Assembly (NCBI GenBank): GCA_964019425.1
Contig: OZ025805.1
Span: forward strand, 806,001 to 870,000
Length of the DNA: 64,000 nt
Source: Flectonema sp. DT1601
Lineage: Eukaryota
Direction: 5' to 3'
This document shows, one piece after another, positions 33,901 through 41,220 of this stretch. Numbering within the stretch: the first letter of the stretch is position 1; every line of letters starts with the position of its first letter. Below the pieces are notes generated by a model. The model made no database searches and was not told where the DNA came from. It saw only the letters and a list, made by a program, of their open reading frames with translations. The position numbers were made by a program, and so were the translations under genes.

Positions 33901-34936
33901 AGTCTTTAATCAAGTTAGTGAGATTAACCCACTATCGCTAAGAGAGAGTGGAGGACAACCATGGACTGTAACATTTGAAGGAGAAGGAAGTGACGACTAT
34001 GGAGGACCATTCAGAGACAGCCTGACGGATATCTTTACAGAAGCGTGTGACGACAATGGTTCAAATCAAATACTCATCCCAGTTCCAAATGCCGTTGCTG
34101 AGGTTGGAGGATGTCGTGAAATGGTTGTCCCTGATCCGGAATTGGTATCACCAGACTCAAAACGATATTTTAAGTTTTTAGGTCGACTACTGGGAGCTTC
34201 TGTCCAGTCAGGCACACTGGCTTCTTTATCGCTTCCAAACTATCTTTGGAAAAGACTTACAAAGCAACCAGTAACAGACACTGACCTGTCTGAGACGGAT
34301 ACTCTCTGTTATAATGCGATTGAGTATTTGGACTCTTTTGAAGACGGGTTTACAGCTACGACAATAAAAGGAAAGTTTATCCCCCTTCTGGGAAGTCGTT
34401 CTCATAGAGTAAGACCATCACAAGAACCGGATCTTTATAAAAAATTATTTTTACGACTCCGAAGAAGTGAGTTGGAATGGCAATCTGATGCAATTTGTGA
34501 AGGATTTGCGGAGATGCTACCAAGTAGGTTTCTGTCTTTATATAACTGCGAAGACTTGGCGATGGTAGTTTGTGGAATTCCACAAATTGATGTTCAACTA
34601 CTTCGTGAGAACACATTCAGAGAGTTCGGAGTATCAGATGACGTGTTTGCATATCTATGGGAAGTCCTCTCTGACTTTACAAGTTTTGAGTTGTCACTCT
34701 TCTTAAAGTTTGTTTATGGTCGTTCACGGTTGGAAACAACTCGTGAGTTTGCCGTTAGTATGACAGTTCGACCTCTCGAAACGGACAATCCAAACACCAT
34801 GTTACCGACGTCGCATACATGTTTCTTTACGTTAGATCTCCCAAATTATAAATCTCAAATAATATTAAGAGAGAGATTGCTCTACGCTATTTCTCATTGC
34901 ACAGTTATTGATACGGATTTTGCCGCAAGAGAGTGA
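24911..34936 (+). CDS. Giant HECT E3 ubiquitin ligase with UBR-box-like and two ZZ-type zinc fingers
   Basis: 3341-aa single ORF. HECT motifs FEGEGSDDYGGPFRD, FLGRLLGAS, LFLKFVYGRSRL and LPTSHTCFFTLDLPNY. ZZ fingers HLGISCDHC..RFACTAC and RCDRC..WKCLNC. UBR-like FTCVHC..LCLYCAIKCH..GH..FHCQC. Confidence 0.92.
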   Translation: MISNGNPEVVLLNDDHLFTPLLTWVAGIVHLRCVDELVEKEFMRAPPPAAVSGSAGRVMSRIQKEEGKSGISSLGSDYLRRAHKCLLDNIIKPSNGLPPEQYCAKHQIVRNSFLLRYQKETLDNKRRRALECILLLGVGFSSILDLLLAMYCYIDAPSIPVKNETIKVLDNWSKGLGQQLQVPSLCCDVFPFLCFHLSVMVNSCDPMLECYHSDVLIMTCHSVKRLMANTSTPAFDDCLGTLIQFLRFLCFRITKVSWISPTYLPAVPSSRVDEVFCYMPSEPPLSMRESLCQVARVLDLAFPYIVSQLSYCPKGNAICLSLCEGQSLCFPFRVVEHSARSLALLSQLKGDTTRFCRPHLVVDQITKQKSLLRGVSQYLATARTGEAVPEIISLCLERLGDPDWSGSCLRILSSWLQAVGKEAAKTLGNPESNAKTDRDQNHPISHLAEVLILSIEYATHEMSDAHFSIIAHILGLHVKLLSPVLDLGKSRSSYPADNVGCSVKLQLASDTVCQLDSLLRLIFEDLASPVSVPIIDSRTTTTTNITSGDWEGTKDNVFIATRVIHVTGRSVLTVRLPELKSKRQLSGTVELLSTSGNTIHDKVVHRAVISETVRTVLIMLDVPTVVDVHSIPYKVVLTLPTMITGISVLLISLPVSISPATECLVLSAWISGFAVSSALTLSRCGLSECERRSMQTLQSSPLFRYGLVQSSCSTVRKASTIMSLLVPIEAIDEPMDMNPVCQLTLVSQNEEINTFLTDLALGQGAALKLDERLRPRHSPSASLESSAIRTTVAAALKHSPQRLVNLAITLSSDPTIEVVPELLEMWNTISRAITVTLIQHKQTWHLASYDDLASCIATRARLVLRCEYYAHEEHTPRPSLRRSSLFNMLPTCPATGVDNYDSCERPVGGSMLSRPSLEGQLTGLTDECLQFVIPHIPPPEQPLGLSDLTAPMAELPALVRQRIDAAKEQVHEIFTTLIQRDERALHCLAAFRFASRTAAYQPDLLDLDTVSLSFPKTNAKNQLSNTQIRKQRHSLWLFYRSIFISMLGILCKNALGRCTKVDNYHPLCFLEGVGKGDTYSLRASLATICKSILSGGITDEALSWISFDITPSDVDWISYTGLLSQLFLMIHATQITSRRQLATRCAYLIKRLSVRAAVILSNWSKWQITIRDSDECKEKLHSLLTESVVGLCGLISTSENSLNHEIAAVAFDTITQLEQFSELTGQLILTEVTTTLLVSAATHSNIHIPRKAVILSCRRLVSIIAKYRSTSSIPSLNRKQFRTDTDEALQLLNVIIPSLGAAQLLQYDVKADDATGRNDSSEGAFTGITELLSSPLEYTNTIVQILKDGLANPDFRKSSIVKNCFENLWKNAAQASTVLANARVCSKISEKLLTCLGALTLLSGSTLLPVPGDVIEVWKGNPDHVECCGGEYNLVNGTSPHTVGYWEAARVTALDYASGCVSTSVLSDDSLERSTSTPLSSIRPCEKDVILLAGIKYFETSHFELLIQVLDYSEIISSSLYMSLIANDIIYKTVMLSATAVRSSPVPLTIPPSTIEHIASTGSTPVEYKYFLTLQNSIFSQNSCSRVQSGCNKILQPRFTCVHCNIKGLCLYCAIKCHSKQGHSVVETDSRKSDVQEQKFHCQCTEIGCLALKEDIHASKPTAFDETGVTLMRGLPLLQIVQQIESNNSSPTNTKGNNIGHDNVGVGQKFADDETAYSKRPVPYLNLSTSELLYRMESDLLACAKRSTIVCDRIRQSVLYVPSPGDIALYTSAECNATPVVIKSLSGSNKAIVCIKRDYLLVFQYVLVSQLQPLRDLNGDPVVVSSVPNVVLASLQRRVKLSILRLFMSVATSVNSLTACTYLSLASSNKVSQNSKTCLLNVIHLLAPQVTFAACDPVVPPDLQYCIDQLPVSVAQEVLKLLKIDLSQHLLAPPTILPTHSDKIHCEGNSRVIVMAKPDFHTRATVVSFSNDPEGNDVLHTITAKDVQDSAECVFVVLPVAVKSSIYFKVRKRNAPSSNDDNPFWVLSLEDSSTLKYYRQALLASLLIEKISVVPLLVRSDEVSQNQFNDVVSEKELSKNGCRDNVEIAVQSSQEQSRKENVCVENREKEIISHLDPTQKSGSLVTVASLSLDNQNDSPTQLEMLEKIPAVENNNGVAVVTPECGSSDRVMTPSLSPNPSPLATFALPVSPPLRIERCRSGSLPSASSSPRLFAPCLPQNSFQNSPVGSFSNPEMGETGRGSDRSSPEMPIPLIDSDILISPVEQLADDNEDYIDNKDLSDSSNDTPANNSKTDGTDYQQSVSSPKVTISPSIDKSEYLLTDSQMEKLFGTLSPEELLEEYNHVLLSWAVAMELLKFPAGVFTGSIAGSMTFLFRKIAHLTKMMTEPTSNTVLEDLLLIRVNSALLCPDVSGSNNRRIDPYSLSTDSSFFRLVSLLACARRYLLGDVCSNTIENAGGGSTCVFWNKNGRRCCCSCAVRYAFEGTPATDEIITTGYGKRGVCEFQIATEFQWMTDSCKDKLRPSVPSYTPCFLNWDPSMTDWEQGVQLLDSLVTLFPYLDYFGNAISESEGGIKQMAVAERYTSPISEWSVNDMSACLTRQHRVFETEHPCEFLDLESEVRFDGASCIYIQFAVECFLPECDKITIKTSETSESVLLSVSPSTVSGLTIVVPGDTVYFKLIQEPMCHLGISCDHCSGEIRGLRFACTACSANYCERCAPIACHPVNHVFLRLRRPINHPTPTLPELYPADHIHSALFVRGHHHDTRCDRCFVAPITGIAWKCLNCPQYHLCSKCGKHEYLCHDRNHVFLMLTRPFPRLYGNYYSPSITFDSLYESNHWGVYFTVYTAARPEPEKVAIIKKNIKASVSTGWDPAQDQQLLSVVESNYPLLGTLDEPSLALLLSPEELGGKTPHTCRFRYCFIRMLNKKILKCLPYLNPADTHPGNILAAKLRDVRHVVSASIKAMLLSSSTKPQRASRESHKIEVLVKRLNQECSSFKQVFNQVSEINPLSLRESGGQPWTVTFEGEGSDDYGGPFRDSLTDIFTEACDDNGSNQILIPVPNAVAEVGGCREMVVPDPELVSPDSKRYFKFLGRLLGASVQSGTLASLSLPNYLWKRLTKQPVTDTDLSETDTLCYNAIEYLDSFEDGFTATTIKGKFIPLLGSRSHRVRPSQEPDLYKKLFLRLRRSELEWQSDAICEGFAEMLPSRFLSLYNCEDLAMVVCGIPQIDVQLLRENTFREFGVSDDVFAYLWEVLSDFTSFELSLFLKFVYGRSRLETTREFAVSMTVRPLETDNPNTMLPTSHTCFFTLDLPNYKSQIILRERLLYAISHCTVIDTDFAARE

Positions 34937-35368
34937 TTTCCGAGAAAAAAAAAAAAAAAAAAAAAAAAAAAGCTGCAATTTGTTCTTGTGCATCTCATAC
35001 CTGTTTTGTTTCCTTGGATCTGGAATGGTGCCGCACTGCGACAAAAAAGAAAAAAGAAAAAAAAAAAACTGTTGTTTTCTTTGTAAAATATATTTTTTTT
35101 TTTATTTCTGCTCAACGGGGACAAGATTCTTTCAAAAATAAGGATTCGGTCTTTGCGTGGTTTTGCTGGAAAAAAGAAAGAAAAACAACACCGTCGGACT
35201 TTGTGCAGGCAGATACACTACTCGTTTCCTGAAAAAAAAAAAAAAAGGGAGCACCCCCATGCGTAGTTAGTTGGAAGCGCTTAACATAGTGAAGGGCGAC
35301 CATGGCGCACGATTTTGTACTTACGCATTTCTTTTTTTATTACCCGATAGCGTTCCTTTGTAGGTGGT

Positions 35369-35466
35369 CTTAAATTTCGTTGAACGCAGACGTTATCCTA
35401 TTGCACTCATAGTCATAAGAAACGTCGGATTTCAATCCAAATAGTTTCTTCTTCGACGCATTGGTA

Positions 35467-35468
<2 letters not shown>
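35369..35468 (+). repeat. Dispersed ~130-bp repeat, copy D (followed by a long poly(A))
   Basis: tttcgttgaacgcagac..tcct..gcac..cataagaaa..ttcaatccaaatagtttcttc..ggtacaaaa matches copy C. Confidence 0.8.
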
Positions 35469-35501
<33 letters not shown>

Positions 35502-35967
35502 ACTCAGCCGTTTAAAAGAAACAACTAATGGGTTCATTTATTAGTTTTAATTTTATTTTATTTTATTTTATTTTATACTTATTTTCACGAAACAAGTTAG
35601 ACTTGAAAAGAATTTTTTTATTTATTTATTTTATTTTTTTGCCTTTTTTCACTGTGATGTCATTTTTTTATCCAGTGTCAGTTGCCCATAAAAGGGGAAA
35701 AAAAAAAGTAAGGAAAAAAAAAAAAAAAAAAAGATTTCTGCTTATTCACATTACACATTTTTTTTTAGTCAAAAAAAAAAAAAAAAAAAAAAAAGTTTGG
35801 CAGCGAAGGGTAACCTTTTTCCATAAGTGTTACGTTACTGCTGCGAGTTTTGGTGATGTACTATTAACCTTGCTCAGCTCAAGTGGTGCCATACTATTTT
35901 GTGTTGTATGCACCTCAACGAGTTTCTATTCTTTTTTTTTTCTTCCTCCTTTCCTTTCATAGTTTTA

Positions 35968-36312
35968 CTACGCTGCCGCTGACAGTCAAGATTGTCGGAG
36001 AAATCATTGTTCCTTTTTGAGCTTAAGAATGCAGTATCAAATTAATCCCCCCTTTCAAGAGGTATATGGATTACTCTCGAAACCTAATAGTTACTTTAAA
36101 AGGCTAAGTTAAGCATCACCATAGTCACTGTATCCTTAACAGATGTTAAACCATCGATATGTTAACGCGATACAAAACAGTTGTATTTTACAAATTCAAA
36201 CATTCAACCCCCCCCTTTCCTTTTACTCTACGCTGCCGCTGACAGTCAAGATTGTCGGAGAAATTGTTGTTCCTTTTGAGCTTGAAAATGCAGTATCAAA
36301 TTACCCCCTTTC
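35968..36312 (+). repeat. ~88-bp direct repeat (35968..36056 and 36228..36312) containing a hairpin
   Basis: ctacgctgccgctgacagtcaagattgtcggagaaat...aatgcagtatcaaatta is present twice. Confidence 0.88.
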
Positions 36313-36888
36313 CTTTTCCATCATTGTTTTATTTTGTTAGCTACGAAGCCGTTTTATATAATTTGTGGAAAGCTCTCATGAATTGAACAGAAACACGTCT
36401 TGTTGTAAGCATTTACCAAAAAAAAAAAAAAAAAAAAAGAAAAAAAGAAAGAAAGAAAAAAAAAATAATAATCTTGTGTTGCGAAGTTATGTTATCCCGA
36501 AAAAAGCCTTCTTGTTTTGTGTTGTGGTTACCACGCTGTTTTTTTTATTTATTTTTTAATTTATTTATTCTCCCCCATTTCAACGAAATTTTCTTTGATT
36601 AACAACTTCAAATATTCTTCAGTCAAGTACTTTTGATATTAATTCTTGTTTTTAATATCCAAAAGTTGTTACTGTTTTTTACATTGTCAAAGTTTCACAT
36701 TCCCCTATTCAAGTGTTCACTGCTGAAGTTCTCACATGCTTGAATTTGTGTTTATTACTTCTCGTTATTGTGTTCGTTTTTTTTTTTTTTTTTTTTTCTT
36801 GAGAGGGTTACACAAGGCGTTTTTGGGATGATTCTACGTTTTATGTTTTTATTTTTTATATAAATTGCGGGAAAAAAAAAAAAAAAAA

Positions 36889-36919
<31 letters not shown>

Positions 36920-37753
36920 AATCCAAATTACGAGGGTCACAGCACATATCTATTTGGTGCTTTTACCTCCCTTGGTACATCCAGTTCTTTGGTAGTTTTC
37001 ACCGACTTACCATTTTATTTGATGTTATTATTTAGGTCCTTTTTTTATGTTTTGTACTTGCTTTTATTTTATCTTAATTTATTTAAGGTGAGTTACTGCG
37101 TCAACAGTAGCAAGGCTAACATATATATATATTTTTTTTTATTGGTTTTCCGTACTGCACTGAATGATAAGTGTGCAGAAAAGGTAGAGACATTGTGGTG
37201 TGTTTACCTTACCTAACATTACCTTTTAGTCAAGCCGTCTCACATATATATTTTTAATATTTATATTTTGTTGATCTTGATGCAATAAATATGTTTCCCT
37301 CTTCACGATAATTACAGTTGTCTCTGTTTGTCTTTATTTTGTGGTTTCGCATGCGCAACCCACGCTGACGAACTTTTTTTTTTTTTTTTTTTTTTTTGCT
37401 AGTTTTTTTCCTTGTTGCAATAGTCGCTATGGCCGAATTGGCTGTAGATGTGATATAATATTTTTTATTGTTATTAGTTATTTCTTAGTTTTAAAAAAAA
37501 AAAAAAAAAAAAAAACAACAACAACAGAATACCTTGCCACTCTGTGGCCTCCTGCAGTATTTCACTTTCTTTCTCCATTCCTCCACGATTGAGTGTTTTG
37601 ACCTGTGTTGCACCATAAAAAGCACTGTAGTCCCCTGTTGCACATAATCACAGATTTCAATCTTTTTTTTGATGCTTAAGCGGCTTTCTTGCACAAAAAG
37701 ATAAAGGACAACCTTATCCTTTTTGCAGTCGCTCTTTTTTTTTTTTGTGTGGA

Positions 37754-37784
<31 letters not shown>

Positions 37785-38015
37785 AGCATTGTTCTCAATT
37801 CAGGCTACGTGGATATGAGTGCTGATTCACTTTGTGTTATCCCCTCCCTGAGGAAACTAATATTTCTCACTATCATTTCTCAGTATTATTTTCTTTTCCT
37901 TTCAGGTGGTGCTCCAGTCGGATGAAAAAAAAAAATTATGTACGATGTTTTTTCAAAAAAAAAAAAAAAAAAACTATTCTTCTTCCTCCTCAGGGTATTA
38001 AATAATTTTAAAAAA

Positions 38016-38501
38016 ATGATGAAAAGAGCTATCACTAACACTGCCAGATCTAGTCTGGCTGGAAGCAGAAGAACATTCGTTCAAACTGGTAAGGTGTACC
38101 CAGAAAACGATGGATTCGATGCTAAGACAGTCAAGGTTAACACTGCTGAGTGGCCAAAAGAATTCCAGTTCTACGATCCAGCTGGTTTGTTTTAATTTAT
38201 TGTTTATTTTTAAGCAAAATTAATAAATTGAAAATAAGAAAAAACAACAACAACAAACAGAACCTCTTAAGGACTGCGAAGACGCAACTCCGTGGTCATC
38301 CTGGGGTCTTGTGTGGATCGCCTTTCAGATTCAATTCATTGTTGTATGTCGCTTTATAGTTGGTTATTGATTGTTATTTTATCTTTTTTTTTTTTTTTGT
38401 ACTTTTTAAAATAAACATAAAAACAGGTCTTTGGAGAGGGAGAGGAAGGATTCGAATTTGTTGATTTCTGGAAGAAGACCAACGAGTCCGTCAGTGGATA
38501 A
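38016..38501 (+). CDS. Small (108 aa) probable mitochondrial single-pass membrane protein, join(38016..38184,38261..38343,38427..38501)
   Basis: Introns gtttgt..aaacag (phase 1) and gtatgt..aaacag (phase 0) give MMKRAITNTARSSLAGSRRTF..WPKEFQFYDPAEPLKDCEDATPWSSWGLVWIAFQIQFIVVFGEGEEGFEFVDFWKKTNESVSG*. Arg-rich, acid-free presequence. Polypyrimidine acceptor at 37993. Confidence 0.8.
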
Positions 38502-38882
38502 ATAGACAATCCGCATTGCGCAAATTAATTAGTGTGGGAGACAGCATCAGTGGATTTTCATTAGGATTTTCATTTTTTCATTCCGGGGTCGGCAATTGTT
38601 GCCATGGGTACTTTAGGGTGGGTCGGTGGAACTCTGTTCTGCTTTTGTGCTTTTTTTATTTTTTTTTTTTAGTTATTTTTCGCTGAACTCCTGTTTATTT
38701 TTTATTTAATTTTTTTTAATTTAATTTTTTTTTTTTTTAAATATAAGTTATTTTTTTTTTTACCAGTTCGGGAGGACGACTATCGCAGTATTGAAAAAAA
38801 AAAAAAAAAAAAAAAATTGTTTATTTAATTGTTTTTTTTCCTCTCTTTTAGGTGATTATTGCCCACAACCACTTTTTTAAAA

Positions 38883-39713
38883 ATGAATAGCTGGCAGGCA
38901 GTTCACGATGCTGTTGAAGTCGAGTTTCCCTTAGTGGATAATTTAATGAGGGACGGCTGGGGATATGTTGTAGACAGCACGACTGAGTTCACAAGAATGA
39001 CTATTTTGGGACCGTTTACTTACTATGCAGTGTTTTGGATGATGAATATACCTTTGTTAGTTTGGAACGCTTATCCAGAATGGAGTCCAATTGAAAAATA
39101 TAAGATTCAAAAATCTCAAATTCCCTCTGACAAAGTTCGTGACATAATAAAGAATGTCGTTACCAACCAAATGTTGCTATTTGCTGTCGGAATCTTATTT
39201 TATGTGATTTTTCCTCCTAGAAAGTCATCTGTTGAAACGCTACCAAGATTTTCGATATTTCTTACTCAGCTTGTTTGCCAATGTTTGTTATGTGACTTTT
39301 TTCTTTATGGAGCTCACATAGCGCTTCACACAAAGTGGTTGTACAAACACATTCACGCAAAGCACCATTCTTGCAGTGTTACCATTGGAGTCGTTACGAA
39401 CTACATGCATCCTGTGGATTATTTCATTAATATTGTTTGTGCTGGTATTCCAACACTTATTGTCAGCGACCATGTTGCGACTCAAGTTTTTTTCGCAGCG
39501 TTTTTTTGTATGAAAGGAATATTCAGTCATTCTGGTTATAACCTTCCGTTGACTCATTATCTGGGTGATAGCAGGGTTCACGACTTTCATCATTCTCACG
39601 CGACTTATGGAAACAAAAAACATCGCTATTCTAACATGGGAGCTTTATTTCACGTCTCTGATGCGGTTTTTGGCACCCTTTGCGAACCTTGGAATGAAAA
39701 AAAATCCGGTTGA
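38883..39713 (+). CDS. Fatty acid hydroxylase/sterol desaturase superfamily protein (ERG25/MSMO1-like)
   Basis: His boxes HIALH, HAKHH, HSGY and HDFHH; EKYKIQ; WLYKHIH; YMHPVD. ATG at 38883 follows the acceptor ctctttttag. Confidence 0.9.
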   Translation: MNSWQAVHDAVEVEFPLVDNLMRDGWGYVVDSTTEFTRMTILGPFTYYAVFWMMNIPLLVWNAYPEWSPIEKYKIQKSQIPSDKVRDIIKNVVTNQMLLFAVGILFYVIFPPRKSSVETLPRFSIFLTQLVCQCLLCDFFLYGAHIALHTKWLYKHIHAKHHSCSVTIGVVTNYMHPVDYFINIVCAGIPTLIVSDHVATQVFFAAFFCMKGIFSHSGYNLPLTHYLGDSRVHDFHHSHATYGNKKHRYSNMGALFHVSDAVFGTLCEPWNEKKSG

Positions 39714-40628
39714 AAAAAAAGAAATTGAATCATTGCTAATAGTTGTTATTATCATTTTTATTTTTTTTTCTGCTCTCTTGATAAAAAAAAAAAAAAAATA
39801 AAAAAAAATAAAAAAAAAGATAATTTAAAAAGTAAATTCATTTTTCTCTTCTTCTCTATACGGCAAGAGCGTGTTTAACGTTTTTTTTTTAAGGATGATA
39901 TATATTTATTTTTTTTTGTTTTTATATCATCGATTGAACTGAATGTTCTTTGTTGTTTGGTCTCCGAGTGAAACTTTATCTATGATCTCTTTTGAACATT
40001 GACAAAAGTTATTATTTCTTCCCCTCATTATTCCAACCAATTTTTTTTCCTCCGTCTGATTATGACTTCGCCTTCACCAAATTAGTACTTTTATCATTGA
40101 AAGCACTTTTTTTTTTCTCTCTTCTGTTGTACACAACCATGTGGCAAGCTTCGCATGTTTTTTTTTTTTCTTGATAAATTGTCTCCGTGTGTTTAGATCA
40201 TTCTTCCTTTTTCTATATACATAATGATCTCTTGTTTATTGCATTTCGTTTTTTTTACAAAAAAAACAAACAAACAAATTAAAACATAATTTTGCTCTTT
40301 TCTTGTTGTTCTTTGAGTGTGGCAGCTTTCAGACTTTATTTCGTACTTTCGTATAGCCTGTTCACTTCTCTTTCTTAATATTACCGTTAAGAATGTTTCT
40401 TTCTTTCTTTTTATTTTTTTTTTCTCCAATGTGAGATATATTTTTTTTTGACTCCTTCTCATTAGAATTTTATACATGAATAGTGACACAACGACTGAGA
40501 TTCTTCATAGTCTCATTGAATTAGATATGAAGCGCATTCCTTCGTTCTTCACTCTTCTATATGTGTTTACAAGTAAGTTTTATTAAGCACTAAATGTATG
40601 AAAGTCAATTTAAATTATTTCGGAAATT

Positions 40629-40666
<38 letters not shown>

Positions 40667-40756
40667 AATAAATAGTAATACTACTCGTCTCCGTGTGCAT
40701 TTTTTTTTTTTTTTTTTTTTCAATATTTTTTTTTTCCCGAAAAGAATTACCTCCCT

Positions 40757-41220
40757 AACTCATTTTTTTTCGTTGTTGTTCTTGTTGTTGCTTAAATGCA
40801 TTTAGACGAAAAGTTCTGTGCTAATTGCGTGTGTAGTTTATTCTCTTTAGCGCCTACAAGTAAAAAAAACAACTTCGCTACATTTTACTGATTTCATCCA
40901 ATTCCTCACTTTCAGTATCTTTCTCTTTAAGAGATTCTAATTAATAAGTATTTTTATACAGGACTCCTATACATACATTATCAATGTTTCTATTTTCTTT
41001 TTGCATTCTCGCTATTTAATATTACTCTTAATAGTTTATCTAACATCAAATATGATTTATTCAATCGCTGTTATCCTCACTTTCGCTTTTTCACAAAAAC
41101 CGTGTGATTCATACACGAATTTGAGAGACTGCAGAAGAGCAGTGTGTCCTGATCTTTCTACTCAACAATGTACTTGGATTAGAACTACGAGGGAGTGTAT
41201 ATGTGTGAAACCTTCTTGTG
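40757..41220 (+). repeat. Upstream plus 5' region duplicated at ~52549..53010 (segmental gene duplication)
   Basis: gcttaaatgcatttagac..gcgtgtgtagtttattctctttagcgcct..ttttatacagga is shared by both loci. Confidence 0.9.
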
